From Sedimentisphaerales bacterium (GTDB lineage Bacteria > Planctomycetota > Phycisphaerae > Sedimentisphaerales > SM23-30), in the NCBI GenBank assembly GCA_963663805.2, contig CAXXMR010000020.1, positions 242,025 through 306,024 on the forward strand: a stretch of 64,000 nucleotides of DNA. The letters run 5' to 3'. The translations under genes were made by a program, and so were the position numbers. Under the pieces are notes generated by a model. The model worked only from the letters and a program-made list of their open reading frames with translations. It was not told where the DNA came from and searched no databases. This document shows positions 39,301-50,213 of this stretch, in pieces; position 1 is the first letter of the stretch, and each line of letters starts with the position of its first letter.

Positions 39301-40071
39301 TTATTCGCACAAATTTTCCTTGATATAGTCAAAGCTTTGTTGGAGCGAGTCGAAGGGGTCGCCGGGGCAGGTGTCCTGTTCGACGAAATACCACAGGCAG
39401 CCGGCCTTGTCAGCGGCAGCGATTATGGCAGGCCAGTCGAGATTGCCGTTGCCGATTTCGGCATAGGTGGGGGTGTTGGTTTCGATTATGCGATAGTCTT
39501 TCAGGTGCAGCAGGGGGCAGCGGTTTGTCATTTTATTTATCCACGCTACCGGATTTCCGCCGCCGTGCTGGACCCAGTAGGTGTCCGGTTCAGCCTGTAG
39601 ATTTTGCGGCTCGGTGTTTTCGTAGATAATCTCCAGGATTGTCTGTCCCTCGAAGCGTTTGAATTCATGGCTGTGATTATGATAGGTTAGAACCTGGCCG
39701 GCCTGGTGCATTTTTGCGCCGGCGGCATTGAGCTTTTTGGCAAGTTCCAGGACGTCGGCTTTGCTCTTGAAATCAATGCCGGACGGAAATGGATAGGCTG
39801 TATATTTACAGTTGAGTTTTGCCAGATGGTCGATGACTTTTTCGGTGTTGTCAAGAATGGTGATGGAGTCTTCATGGGTGGCGGCGCACGCCAGGCCTTC
39901 GCCATCCAGCATCTTCAATAGTTCTGCCTCATCAATCGGCCCCATTCCCGAAAGCTGCACGGCTTCGTATCCTATCTCGCGAACCTGCCGCAGACTTTTG
40001 ACCATATCCGCCGGCAGTTGTAAAAAGTTGCGTAATGTATATAATTGTGCTCCAACCTGACTAATCTTCAT
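39301..40071 (-). CDS. sugar phosphate isomerase/epimerase (TIM barrel)
   Basis: QLYTLR, YHNHSHEF, DTYW, HLKD, VEQD. Confidence 0.9.
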   Translation of the reverse strand: MKISQVGAQLYTLRNFLQLPADMVKSLRQVREIGYEAVQLSGMGPIDEAELLKMLDGEGLACAATHEDSITILDNTEKVIDHLAKLNCKYTAYPFPSGIDFKSKADVLELAKKLNAAGAKMHQAGQVLTYHNHSHEFKRFEGQTILEIIYENTEPQNLQAEPDTYWVQHGGGNPVAWINKMTNRCPLLHLKDYRIIETNTPTYAEIGNGNLDWPAIIAAADKAGCLWYFVEQDTCPGDPFDSLQQSFDYIKENLCE

Positions 40072-40083
40072 AATGAAATTCCT

Positions 40084-41187
40084 TTATTTCCTTTTGCCTG
40101 CTGATATAAGTTTATGAAGTTTATTTTCATACGCCTTTCCGTCCAGCGGCAGCTCAACGGTTTTATCGGTTAATGACGAATACAGCATGGCGTTGGCCAG
40201 TTCCACCGAGTTGAGGCCTTCTGCGGCCGGTGCGATAAGTGGTTTGCCCTTGAGGATAGCGTCCGCGAAATTATCCAGTATCTCCGCATGTTGACCGCCA
40301 TTGCCTTCGGTTGGTATTTCCGCCTGCCAGATGTCGGGTTTGCCCCACATATCCGTAGAATTCTTGCGAAATTCTTTCACGCTTACTTCAGTGCGGCTGA
40401 AGCTTACTTTATCGTTTTCGATGACGACCTTGCCCCGGTCCGCGGTGATTTCCAGCCGGTTCGTACCGGGCGCTTCGCCGGTTGAGGAAATGAATACCCC
40501 GCTGGCTCCGTTAGCGTATTCCAGATATGCCGTAACTTCATCCTCAACCTCGATATTATGATACTTGCCCAGGTGACAAAATGCTCGTACCTTCGTCGGC
40601 ATCCCGCAAAGCCATTGCAGCAGGTCCAACTGATGCGGGCACTGGTTCAGTAATACTCCGCCGCCTTCACCTTGCCATGTTGCCCGCCAGGAGCCCGAAC
40701 GATAATATGTTTCGGTGCGGAACCAGTTGGTAATAATCCAGTTGACCCGCTGAATTTCACCCAGCTCGCCGCGGTCGATAAGATTTTTCAATCGACGATA
40801 TTTGGGATCGGTTCGCTGGTTGAACATGGCCGCGAAAATCTGGTCCCTGTTTTTATGAGCGGCGATTAACTTCTCACAATCGGCCTTATGTACCGAAATA
40901 GGTTTTTCCACCAGCACATGCAGCCCGGCCTCCAATGCCGCGACCCCGATTTGCGTATGCGAAAAATGCGGCGTAGCGATTAATAAGGCGTCGATATTAC
41001 CGGCCTTAATCATGTCTTCCAGAGTACCGAAAAACGCACTGGCATATTCATGAGCGGTTTTACGGGCATTATCGGTATTCGCATCGCAAACGCCGGCCAG
41101 GATGAACTTGTCATTTTTAGCTATATGCTTTAGATGTTCCCGCCCCATCGAGCCAGCCCCAATTACACCCAGTTTTACCTTATTCAT
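40084..41187 (-). CDS. Gfo/Idh/MocA oxidoreductase
   Basis: GAGSMG, ATPH, EKP, EGGGVLLNQCPHQLD. Confidence 0.93.
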   Translation of the reverse strand: MNKVKLGVIGAGSMGREHLKHIAKNDKFILAGVCDANTDNARKTAHEYASAFFGTLEDMIKAGNIDALLIATPHFSHTQIGVAALEAGLHVLVEKPISVHKADCEKLIAAHKNRDQIFAAMFNQRTDPKYRRLKNLIDRGELGEIQRVNWIITNWFRTETYYRSGSWRATWQGEGGGVLLNQCPHQLDLLQWLCGMPTKVRAFCHLGKYHNIEVEDEVTAYLEYANGASGVFISSTGEAPGTNRLEITADRGKVVIENDKVSFSRTEVSVKEFRKNSTDMWGKPDIWQAEIPTEGNGGQHAEILDNFADAILKGKPLIAPAAEGLNSVELANAMLYSSLTDKTVELPLDGKAYENKLHKLISAGKRK

Positions 41188-41220
41188 AAAAATCTCTTTT
41201 GGAAAATATGAAATTATTAT

Positions 41221-41907
41221 CTACCAGACCCGGTCGTGAATTACCAGTCCCTCGGTAATATATTTATAAGTTTCAAGTAACTCATCCTCATCCTGAGAAC
41301 CGATTCTCAACGCCCGGACCCGGTCCCCCAGCATTGTTAGCCAGTGCTTTGGCTGTCCCAGACCGACGGTATATTCACAGTTAAGACAAATCCCCGCCCA
41401 GGCACTTTGGAGATTGTCCACAAGTTCACGCAGCTCCAGCGGTGAGACCGCCAGTCCCGAACCTGGATTTTCCAGCGTCAGCATAACCGATTCTTTTTCC
41501 GCCTGGACCTTGAGTTGTTCCAGATAGTCGTATAGCCTGTTGAATATATCTTCATAGCAGTCTCGCAACGGCTGACCAACCGGTTCATTCACATGAGCCG
41601 GGATGATTACCATGGCCCGATGATTATGCTCCGCTGAAAACTTAATCATTTCCTCGAAATGGGTGATAGCGTTTTTCTGGCCGGATGCCAGGTCGAAAAT
41701 ATCATATTGGCAACTGGTCAGGGCTGCGACCTTGACGCCATGTGCCGCCAGGCGGTCCAGATTATGCTGCTGCCGATGTTCGTTATGCAAATCCTTGTCG
41801 TTCAGGGCCCATTCTACCGCATTAAAGCCGTCAGAAACCGCCTTTTCCAGCGGCAGAACCTCCGCGTCGCCTGCCCCCAACTTTCTGCAGCTTATACATT
41901 TTAACAT
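41221..41907 (-). CDS. degenerate sugar phosphate isomerase/epimerase family protein
   Basis: GFNAVE, LTLEN...SPLE.RELVD; some metal ligands missing. Confidence 0.65.
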   Translation of the reverse strand: MLKCISCRKLGAGDAEVLPLEKAVSDGFNAVEWALNDKDLHNEHRQQHNLDRLAAHGVKVAALTSCQYDIFDLASGQKNAITHFEEMIKFSAEHNHRAMVIIPAHVNEPVGQPLRDCYEDIFNRLYDYLEQLKVQAEKESVMLTLENPGSGLAVSPLELRELVDNLQSAWAGICLNCEYTVGLGQPKHWLTMLGDRVRALRIGSQDEDELLETYKYITEGLVIHDRVW

Positions 41908-42002
41908 TACAAAAACCCGAATTTGACCTCAGCTACCATCTCACCTATAATACCCGCAATTGTAAGTAAGAACCGGCAGGGGGGCAAGAGTAAAGCCTTA
42001 TT

Positions 42003-43899
42003 ATGTCTGTGATTAAAGTACTGCCCCAGCACCTTGTAAATAAAATTGCCGCCGGCGAAGTCGTCGAGCGCCCCATGTCGGTTGTCAAGGAACTACTAGA
42101 GAACAGCCTCGATGCCGGTGCCGGTCGGGTGACTATCGACATCGAGGATGGTGGCAAGAAGCTCATTCGCATCGCTGATGACGGCCGTGGGATGACCGCT
42201 GAGGAAATTGCCCTGGCCTTTACGCCGCACGCTACCAGTAAAATCGCCAACGAAGATGACCTTGCCGCCATCCACACTCTGGGTTTTCGCGGTGAGGCCC
42301 TGGCCAGTATCGCTTCGATAAGCCAGGTCGAGGTAATCAGTCGGCCCGCTGACCAGATCGAAGGAGCCCGACTGGTGATTCAGGGCGGTGATTTTGAACC
42401 GGTCACTCCCGCGCCAGCCTCGGTCGGAACCACGATGAGCATCCGCAACCTGTTTTACAATACTCCAGCTCGTCGCAAATTTTTGCGTACCAGCAATACC
42501 GAAATGGGCCATATCACCGAGCAGTTCATTCGTATCGCTCTGGCCTATCCACACGCTCATCTCACCCTGAACCATAACGGTCGAACCCTGCACGACCTGC
42601 CCGCCGACCAGTCGCTGCGCCAGAGGATTGCCGACCTTTTTACCGCCGAGCTTGCTCAGGATCTTATTCCCATCCAGCGCAGTGACCACGGCGTTGAGGT
42701 TAGCGGCTTGATTGCCCCGCCTCAGCAGTCTCGCGCTGCCAAACAACTGCAATATGTTTTCCTGAACGGTCGTTTCATTCGCGATAAATTTATCGGTCAC
42801 GCTATCCGCGAAGGTTACCGCGGTATGATGGAAATCAATCGTCAGCCGGTGGTTTTCATTTTCCTCAAGCTAGACCCCGCTGAGGTAGACGTCAACGTTC
42901 ATCCCACCAAGATAGAGGTTCGTTTTGTAAATTCCAACAGTGTTCATTCTCAGGTTCTCGCTGCGATTCGCGACCGTTTGCTGGGTTCGGACCTTTCCGT
43001 GCCGCTGCGTACCAAACCTGATGCCGACGACACTGCCCAGGCTGCCCCCAGCCTTGATGATAATTTGCGTGATGATGAACAGCATCGTCAGCGAGTGCGG
43101 CAGGCCATGGTGGACTTTTTCAAGACCAACGCTCCCGGTTCCTCAGGTTCCGCACCTGCACAGCATTCGACCAGACCTGCCGGGCAACTTCCACAGCAGA
43201 GACTGATTCCTGATACCGAGCGTTTTTGTGCTGATTCACCTGCCCCCGCTCCTCCTGAAGTTCGCCCCCTGGCCGCCGACGATGCAAACGAAAGACTGTC
43301 CCCATCGTCGCAACCGTCCGCTCGTCCGCCGGTACGATTTATCCAGATTCACAACAGCTATCTCGCCGTCGAAAGTCCTGAAGGGATGATTATTGTGGAC
43401 CAGCACGCCCTCCACGAACGGGTGATTTACGAACAGCTCTACGCTCAGCATAACAGTGGACCGCTACCGTCTCAGCGGGCCTTGATACCTGAAACCATCG
43501 ATGTCAGCCCGTCCCAGATGGCCGCGATGGAGGAATACCGCGAAACCCTGGAGGAACTCGGCGTTTTTGTCGAGCAGTTCGGCCCGCGTACTATCGCTAT
43601 ACAAGGTTTTCCCGCTTTGTTGAACAAAGCCTGCCCGCGAACATTTATTGCCGACTTACTCGATATCCTTGTCGAGCAGGCCGGGAGGGTCTCACGCGAG
43701 CAGCTTATTCACCACCTGCTCGATATGATGGCCTGCAAAGCCGCCGTCAAAGCCGGTGACCATCTTAACGATGACGAAATTCAGGCTCTGCTCGCCCAGC
43801 GTGAAAAAGTAGAGCGTGCCGGCAACTGTCCCCACGGGCCGTCCCACAACCATAAGCCTGAGCCTGGCAGAATTAGGCAAACAATTCAAACGCACCTGA
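42003..43899 (+). CDS. mutL: DNA mismatch repair endonuclease MutL (frameshift at G3 43836-43838)
   Basis: IAAGEVVERP, GFRGEAL, VDVNVHPTK, DQHALHER, ACK; removing one G restores CPHGRP...FKRT* at 43899. Confidence 0.96.
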
Positions 43900-43946
43900 G
43901 CCTAATCAACATAAACCCCAAAGGGGCGAAAACTATCTGTGAATGC

Positions 43947-45278
43947 TTAGAAATAACTCATATTGCTGATATGAGTCGGTACTACGGTCGCTCGACAACT
44001 ACACAGGGTTTCCGGGTTCAGGCTTTTGAGCTGGGGCAATTGATTCCTGCCGAGCTGAGCTTCCATGATAAGATGGGATTCGGAATATTTTTCCGAAAGA
44101 ATCGTGCCGTGCGCCCGCAGAAAATTATGGATTTTGCCGTCCGCGAAACCGCAGGTCACCCGCAAATGAATATTTTTCCCGGTCAGACGGTCCAGCACCG
44201 CCTGAACTAATTCGCTGATGCTTGTGCCATTGGTCGCGGAAACGCAAAGAGCGTCCGGATGGAGGGCCTTGAGAGTGTTGAGATGACTTTGGTCGGCTAC
44301 TTTATCAATTTTATTGAAGATCACGATAGTATCGTTTTTGTCAGCTTTGATATCTTTCAAAACTTTTTTAGCCGCGAGCAGTTGCAATTCCGCCTGGGGG
44401 TGAGAAACGTCCACCACATGCAAAAGTAAATCCGCGTGAATGGCTTCTTCCAGGGTTGCCTTGAAAGACGCTACCAGATGATGAGGCAGGTTTCTGATAA
44501 ATCCAACGGTGTCGCTGAGCAGGACTTTCTGGTTTTGGCCGAGTTCCCAGCGAGAGGTTTTTGTGTCGAGGGTGGCGAATACCTGGTCCTTAACGAACGT
44601 CTCCGAGCCGGTCAGTAGGTTCATCAGAGTGCTTTTGCCGGCATTGGTATAGCCGACCAGAGATACTTTGTAGTGTTCGCCGCGGGCTTTTACCTGACGA
44701 ATCTTGCGTTTATGGATGTCGTCCAGTTGGGTCTTGAGTAGAGAAAGGCGTTTTTGGACGAGTCGTCTATCAACTTCGAGCTGCTTTTCGCCGGGTCCGC
44801 GGGTGCCGATACCGCCTCCGCCGATGGTGTCGAGGTGGCTCCACATGCGTACCAGGCGAGGGTAGGTGTATTGCAACTGGGCCAGTTCGACCTGGAGGCG
44901 GGCCTGATGGGTCTGAGCCCGCGAAGCGAAGATGTCCAGAATGAGTTCACTGCGGTCGAGGATTTTCAGGTGAATAATCTTTTCCAGCTCTCGAATCTGG
45001 GCCGGGGAAAGGTCGTTATCGAAAATAACTGTTTTGGCTTCATATTGCTGGGCGCGTTGGGCAATCATCTCGGCTGCCCCGGTGCCGACGTAGCAGGCGG
45101 GGTGAATCCGCCTGCGTTTTTGAGTAAAATGGCCCACCACGCAGCCGCCGGCTGCTTCAGCCAACCCCTTTAATTCTTCCAGTGATTCCCGTGCGTCCAG
45201 GTCCGCATTGGGCAAAATGACGTTGACCAGCAGGGCGGTCTCGTCGCCGACGGTAAAGTTTTCTCTAATATTATCCAA
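43947..45278 (-). CDS. hflX: GTPase HflX
   Basis: ILDIFASRA, GPGEKQLE.DRR, GYTNAGKS, FATLD, DTVGFI, NKID. Confidence 0.96.
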   Translation of the reverse strand: MDNIRENFTVGDETALLVNVILPNADLDARESLEELKGLAEAAGGCVVGHFTQKRRRIHPACYVGTGAAEMIAQRAQQYEAKTVIFDNDLSPAQIRELEKIIHLKILDRSELILDIFASRAQTHQARLQVELAQLQYTYPRLVRMWSHLDTIGGGGIGTRGPGEKQLEVDRRLVQKRLSLLKTQLDDIHKRKIRQVKARGEHYKVSLVGYTNAGKSTLMNLLTGSETFVKDQVFATLDTKTSRWELGQNQKVLLSDTVGFIRNLPHHLVASFKATLEEAIHADLLLHVVDVSHPQAELQLLAAKKVLKDIKADKNDTIVIFNKIDKVADQSHLNTLKALHPDALCVSATNGTSISELVQAVLDRLTGKNIHLRVTCGFADGKIHNFLRAHGTILSEKYSESHLIMEAQLGRNQLPQLKSLNPETLCSCRATVVPTHISNMSYF

Positions 45279-45581
45279 TATTTGGCTAATTTCGCTCCAT
45301 ATAATAAGTTAGTTACTTTCTGTCGGTTACCGGGAAATATCCGGTATAACCGACGCAAGAGTATAGCTATATGCGTGAGCTGCTGTCAAGAAGCGTCGTT
45401 ACAACCGTTAAAAACATAAAAAAACACAACTTGTCATTTTCCTAAATGGTTGTAATATATGAGATTGTGATTTTTATCTATAGCTGTCGCCTAATATTGC
45501 CGATTTTTATCGGGATAAAGAACCCTTGCCGGCCATATGTAACTGAAGGCCGGTTACTGGCTTATAGTACAGCATGAGGCT

Positions 45582-46136
45582 GTGCAGGAGACGTTGCTTT
45601 TGAGTCGAACCGATGCCCAACTGGTCCTTCAGGTCCTGGAAGGCGATAAAGTCGCCTTCGGAGAGTTGTATGACAAATACGCTCGTTTGATTCGGGTTAT
45701 TTGCCGGGATAACACGACGGATTTGGCCTCGGCTCAGGATTTGGCTCAGGAAGTTTTTCTGAGAGCTTACGCCAAACTTGACAAATTAAAAGAGCCCGAA
45801 CGATTTGCGGCGTGGTTAGTTACCATCGCTCGCAATGTATGCCGGGAACATCGCCGCAGCAAAGGCCGGGACAGACATGTTCTGGTCGGCTCGGAAATGC
45901 TGGAACAGGAGCCCAGTCCTGAGAATGAGCAGGATCCGAGGCTGGCACAACTGAACGATGCCATGGCGCAACTTGATGAAAAAGAACGACTTGCGTTACA
46001 TGTGTATTACCTTCAGGGCCAGGATATTGATGCTGCGTTGGAGATTCTGGGTGTTTCGCGGTCGGCGTTTTACCGACTGATGGGTAAGGGCAAGAAAAAG
46101 ATAGAACAGTACATAAACCGGAGAGAGCGGGGCTGA
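45582..46136 (+). CDS. ECF RNA polymerase sigma factor
   Basis: DLAQEVFLRA, FAAWL..IARN region 2; region 4 HTH. Confidence 0.92.
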   Translation: MQETLLLSRTDAQLVLQVLEGDKVAFGELYDKYARLIRVICRDNTTDLASAQDLAQEVFLRAYAKLDKLKEPERFAAWLVTIARNVCREHRRSKGRDRHVLVGSEMLEQEPSPENEQDPRLAQLNDAMAQLDEKERLALHVYYLQGQDIDAALEILGVSRSAFYRLMGKGKKKIEQYINRRERG

Positions 46137-46161
46137 CAAGGTACTGCGGAGAACTCAAAAA

Positions 46162-47034
46162 GTGACGATGACAATTACAGAAAAAGATTTTCAGGCCTGT
46201 TATGAGCAGTACGGACAGGGCCACGGTAGATTGCGAGATGAGCTTCTGGCGGCTCTGCCGGAACCTGCCTGGTGGGGTAGTACCGTCAAGGTTGATTTCC
46301 GGGCGATAAAGCATCGTCGGTTCATTCGGACGGCCATGGCTGCGGCGGCGTTGATTATCGTCGCGGTGGGCGTGCGTTTTAACCCCTTTGTTTCGCAGCA
46401 GGTTACTAATCCTCATACCGCCTGGGCGACTGCCATGGAGCAGACGGGCAACCTCAACAGTGTTCATTTTCGTCTGAGTACTCCCGGTAGTTCTGCCAAG
46501 AGCGGTGGAGCCTCGGTGGAGATGTGGTGGCGCAGGCCACACGACTTCCGTCTGGAGTTCAATAATGGTTTGGTAATGACCGGAAATGACTCGGTACGCT
46601 GTACTTATAACAAAAAATCGAATAATTTGACCCTTATGCCGGGCGGTCAGCCGGGTTTGGAAATGGCTGTTCTGGGCGAGTTAGGCCAGTTATTCACTTC
46701 TAATGTCTCGCTGAGCGGCAAATGGATCGCCGACAGCAAGCAGGTGGGCGAACCGGAAAACATCATGTATCAGGGCGAAAAATGCCTGAAGATGACCTAT
46801 GTCAAAGACGGCAAACGCTTTGTCTACATTATGGACGCCCAAGACCCGTTGATTTACGATGCCAGGATGTATAGTGGCGATAGTGATAAGCTGATGTACC
46901 ACATTGAGATATTGAAGATTGATTCCGAAATTCCCGATGCCATGTTCGGTATCGAAAAGACTGACGATATGAAGGTTAGTGACAAACGGAATCTGGATGT
47001 ACCGAAACTTCCGGCCCTGCCCAAGGCAGGCTGA
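46162..47034 (+). CDS. putative anti-sigma factor (single TM, LolA-like periplasmic domain)
   Basis: Directly downstream of ECF; AMAAAALIIVAV TM; beta-rich C-terminus. Confidence 0.65.
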   Translation: MTMTITEKDFQACYEQYGQGHGRLRDELLAALPEPAWWGSTVKVDFRAIKHRRFIRTAMAAAALIIVAVGVRFNPFVSQQVTNPHTAWATAMEQTGNLNSVHFRLSTPGSSAKSGGASVEMWWRRPHDFRLEFNNGLVMTGNDSVRCTYNKKSNNLTLMPGGQPGLEMAVLGELGQLFTSNVSLSGKWIADSKQVGEPENIMYQGEKCLKMTYVKDGKRFVYIMDAQDPLIYDARMYSGDSDKLMYHIEILKIDSEIPDAMFGIEKTDDMKVSDKRNLDVPKLPALPKAG

Positions 47035-47063
47035 GAAGCGATTACAATTTTAATTTGCGCCTC

Positions 47064-47136
47064 AAGCCCTGGGAAAAGCAAGTTATTTGCGGTATTGAAC
47101 AGACCCGCAAACAGTAGCTCCCAGGGGCTTTTTTTG
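47064..47136. terminator. long hairpin/terminator between convergent genes
   Basis: AAGCCCTGGGA...TCCCAGGGGCTT outer stem, TTTGCGG/CCGCAAA inner stem, T-run. Confidence 0.55.
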
Positions 47137-47170
47137 CGCAAAGATAAATGCTGTAAATATGTCAAGGTGC

Positions 47171-47404
47171 TTAGGCAGGGACGACGCATTCGACTTCGGG
47201 GACGCGTTCTTTGAGGCGTTTTTCAATGCCCATCTTGAGCGTCATAGCAGCACCGGGACATCCGGAGCAGGCGCCCTGTAGTCTGATTAGGACTTTTTTG
47301 CCGTCGTAACCTGCGATTTCACAGTCGCCGCCGTCTGCCTGGAGCATGGGGCGTACTTCGTCGATTACTTCCTGAACCTTTTGCTCAAAAGTCTTTTCGG
47401 TCAT
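47171..47404 (-). CDS. NifU/NfuA-like Fe-S cluster carrier
   Basis: VRPMLQADGGD, GACSGCP, TLKMGIE; GGAG before ATG 47404. Confidence 0.93.
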   Translation of the reverse strand: MTEKTFEQKVQEVIDEVRPMLQADGGDCEIAGYDGKKVLIRLQGACSGCPGAAMTLKMGIEKRLKERVPEVECVVPA

Positions 47405-47595
47405 GTTGTTCTCCAATAAACTTATCCATGTTATTTCCCAAGATGATAGGGCCGGGATGTTTGGAAAACAACTCAAAAGTCAGCAGAAAAATCAGTTGCG
47501 GCCTTGTGAACACGTGTTGAAGCAGCTTATTTTTTCAGTGGCGGAAGTACGGCGGCGGGGCGTTACCGAAATGCGGTGATGTTTGGTTTTATTTT

Positions 47596-48432
47596 TCAGG
47601 GTGTGTTTTTAGTCTTAGTGTGTTGCGTTTGTTGTGCCGACCGGTCCAGTTCGAGCGGTTTGCCGGAAGTAACGATAGGTTTTTCGGCAAGCTCTCCGAT
47701 AATCGCACAGCGGTCCTCACGCAGCGGGTTGGTACGGATTGCCAGTGAGAAAAGGTAGGGGTAGCTCTTTTTGAGGTGCTGCATATAAGCCAGCCATTCG
47801 ATGAGCAGCAGGCGATAGGCTCGACGCATGTCGCCGGAAAGATGTTCCATATCGGCGGGCGGCAGGTTTGTTAGTCGCGACCGGGCGTCGAATTCTTCGG
47901 CCAGGTGGAAGACCGCCCAGAGTAAATCGGTAAATGTTTCATGCTCCAGCAGATTGCCGTTTTCCAGCAGAGTTACCAGAAAGGTACGTTCCTGGACGAG
48001 CAGTTCACGCAGGGGGGCGAGCTGACCTGCCCGGCTGTTTATCTCGCGGCCCTGTTGGGATAGATATTGGCGCAGGCGGCTGAAATCCCTGTCAGACCAT
48101 TTGTCATTTACTCTGAACTTCTGACATATTTCATCACTTTGCGTATCGAATTTAGCCAGTCGGCCCATCAGTTCGGTTCCGATCTCGCTGAAGAAGGTGC
48201 CGATGACCATGTTTAGTTTGCTGAGCATAGCTTTCTTTTCGCGGCGGGTTAGTAATTGATGGATAATCAGGGTGACCAGCAGCACTTCGATGGGAACAAA
48301 AGCGATGTCGGCGACGAGAAAGATGAAAATGTGATGGGTATCGTGGAAGAGGCTGTAATGCAGCAGGTATATCAGTCCTGAAAGCGCCAGCAGGGCCGCT
48401 CCAAACCAGAATTGCCATTTCAAATGTTTCAT
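47596..48432 (-). CDS. conserved hypothetical membrane protein
   Basis: Two N-terminal TM helices; KLNMVIGTFFSEIG, LLEHETFTDLLWAVFHL, YPYLFSLA.RTNP look like conserved motifs. Confidence 0.75.
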   Translation of the reverse strand: MKHLKWQFWFGAALLALSGLIYLLHYSLFHDTHHIFIFLVADIAFVPIEVLLVTLIIHQLLTRREKKAMLSKLNMVIGTFFSEIGTELMGRLAKFDTQSDEICQKFRVNDKWSDRDFSRLRQYLSQQGREINSRAGQLAPLRELLVQERTFLVTLLENGNLLEHETFTDLLWAVFHLAEEFDARSRLTNLPPADMEHLSGDMRRAYRLLLIEWLAYMQHLKKSYPYLFSLAIRTNPLREDRCAIIGELAEKPIVTSGKPLELDRSAQQTQHTKTKNTP

Positions 48433-48580
48433 ATTACAATCGCTCAAATCCTGTAACTAGTTAATTGATATTATATTAGCAGAATAAATGCCGAAAATCA
48501 ATCTTTGGGAGCGGGATTTTGGGTTCGAGAGCTGTTAAATCAGGCCGTGGTGTTTTGTTAATCTTGTTAGGTTAGGCGGT

Positions 48581-49000
48581 TTAGATATGGTCCATCTGGC
48601 CGGGCATGATGTTTACTTTGCTGAGCTTGATGCCCTTGAGGCTGGCGAGGTTGTCCGCTAACTGCTGGATTTCACGTACTTTGCCACGCAGGATGATGAC
48701 TTCGAGGCAATTATGATGGTCCAGATGCACATGGGTGGAGGCGATGACGTGCAGGAGGTGGTTGTGCTGGATGTCGATGAGCTTCTGGGCCAGTTTGGTG
48801 GAGTGATGGTCGTAAACCATAAATACGCCGGCGACAGCCTGGGCGTCTCTGTCTGAAGTGTGGTCCTTGCTGAGCTGGTCGCGGATGAGGTCGCGGATAG
48901 CTTCGGAACGGTTGGCGTAGCCGCGCTTCTCGATTAGCTTGTCGAAAGAGGCCAGCAGGTCCTTCTCTACCGATATTCCGATGCGTTCAATTTCACTCAT
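48581..49000 (-). CDS. nikR: nickel-responsive transcriptional regulator NikR
   Basis: RIGIS ribbon, GYANRSEAIRDLIR, YDHH, HVHLDHHNCLE. Confidence 0.96.
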   Translation of the reverse strand: MSEIERIGISVEKDLLASFDKLIEKRGYANRSEAIRDLIRDQLSKDHTSDRDAQAVAGVFMVYDHHSTKLAQKLIDIQHNHLLHVIASTHVHLDHHNCLEVIILRGKVREIQQLADNLASLKGIKLSKVNIMPGQMDHI

Positions 49001-49086
49001 ATGCTCTTCTCCGGGGCTTCCAATCAATTCTATTATCAGGACTTAGGCATTTTTCCATTATTTTTAATTTTTTGTCAAATTTAATC

Positions 49087-49152
49087 TTGCCAGCGTAGCA
49101 CGTATTCGATATTCTTATGCGCAGATAGCACGAATTTAAAATTTATATGCGC
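49087..49152 (+). promoter_or_regulatory. sigma70 promoter overlapped by tandem operator (candidate NikR sites)
   Basis: TTGCCA-17-TATTCT; TAGCACG-N13-TATGCGC at 49096 and 49126 (30-bp period). Confidence 0.6.
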
Positions 49153-49190
49153 TAGGTAAAGTTGTTATTCGTACCCAGAAGGAGAAAACC

Positions 49191-50213
49191 GTGTTGAGAA
49201 GAATTTTGACTGTTATCACTGTAATTGCCATGACAACAAATAGTTACGCGATAGACCCTGTGTCCGTTACCCACTGGGATTTCCAGGTGGTCAACGCCGA
49301 TGGTTCGAGTGCCTATAGCGGAACCGCCCCGGTGGTGATTGAGGGTATTGTTTTGAACAGTCCGGAAGAATGGCTGGACCCAGCCTCGGATATTAACGCG
49401 GTACCTTATAATATGGGGGGGGAGTGGGAGATGTTCATCCAAGGCGTCGATGGTGACCATGCCGGGACCGCGGTTTGGATCGGCCAGAATTATGGCAATT
49501 TGGGCGGCGGCGATCCCGGTTATACCGAACAGGAATGGAAAGACGAGTTGTATCGCGTCAACCGTGACCCCAACACTGGTTATATTTTCCATCCCGGTGA
49601 CCTGGTTCGCGTAACCGGCAAGCACCTTTTCTACGCCGGTAAACGAAATGTAAATGAAAACCATAAATCTATCGACACCTACGATTTTGATGTTCGCCTG
49701 GTCAAACCCGCGGTTGGTTTGCCCATGCCTGAGTCCGTTACACTGGAGGATTTAGTCGATGCGACAAACACTCCGATCTTCGATGATTCTCGTGAATCAG
49801 GCTGTGAATTTTATCAAATGCAATTGATTCGCATCGAAGGCGTGACGATTACCAATCCGACTAATTTCGGCCCGGAGTCCACTATTACTATCGCTGACGG
49901 TACCGGCCGGACTTTCCCGGTCTTCCTCTGCCGCGGTGAAGGATTCAGCCGTTACAATGCCCCCACAGGCAAGATTGACGTGATTGGTATTATGGACCAG
50001 AAGGCCCCTACCTATCCTTCTCAAGACCTCACCAAAGGCTATCGTCTGCTGGTCATGAACTATGATGGTAACGGCCAGGTGCTTACCCATCGTGCCGCCC
50101 GGAGAGGCAATAATTCCGCGGATGTCAATAGCGACTATCAGGTCAATCTGTACGACCTGGCTCAGATGGCTTCAAGCTGGCTGACCTGCACGGAAGGTTT
50201 GGATTGCGACTGA
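49191..50213 (+). CDS. secreted protein with OB-fold-like repeats and dockerin-like C-terminal tail
   Basis: AAGGAG RBS, signal peptide, [20 protein letters not shown] strands, [22 protein letters not shown] tail. Confidence 0.75.
   Translation: MLRRILTVITVIAMTTNSYAIDPVSVTHWDFQVVNADGSSAYSGTAPVVIEGIVLNSPEEWLDPASDINAVPYNMGGEWEMFIQGVDGDHAGTAVWIGQNYGNLGGGDPGYTEQEWKDELYRVNRDPNTGYIFHPGDLVRVTGKHLFYAGKRNVNENHKSIDTYDFDVRLVKPAVGLPMPESVTLEDLVDATNTPIFDDSRESGCEFYQMQLIRIEGVTITNPTNFGPESTITIADGTGRTFPVFLCRGEGFSRYNAPTGKIDVIGIMDQKAPTYPSQDLTKGYRLLVMNYDGNGQVLTHRAARRGNNSADVNSDYQVNLYDLAQMASSWLTCTEGLDCD

Noticed and set aside
43947..44010. Possible sixth frameshift at the hflX 3' end (G3 44006-44008; alternative end ETCVVVERP*)
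   Set aside because: HflX C-termini are variable, so this cannot be decided without homologues or reads
43900..44210. MutL C-terminal extension overlapping hflX
   Set aside because: Artefact of the extra G at 43836-43838; CPHGRP is restored in the corrected frame
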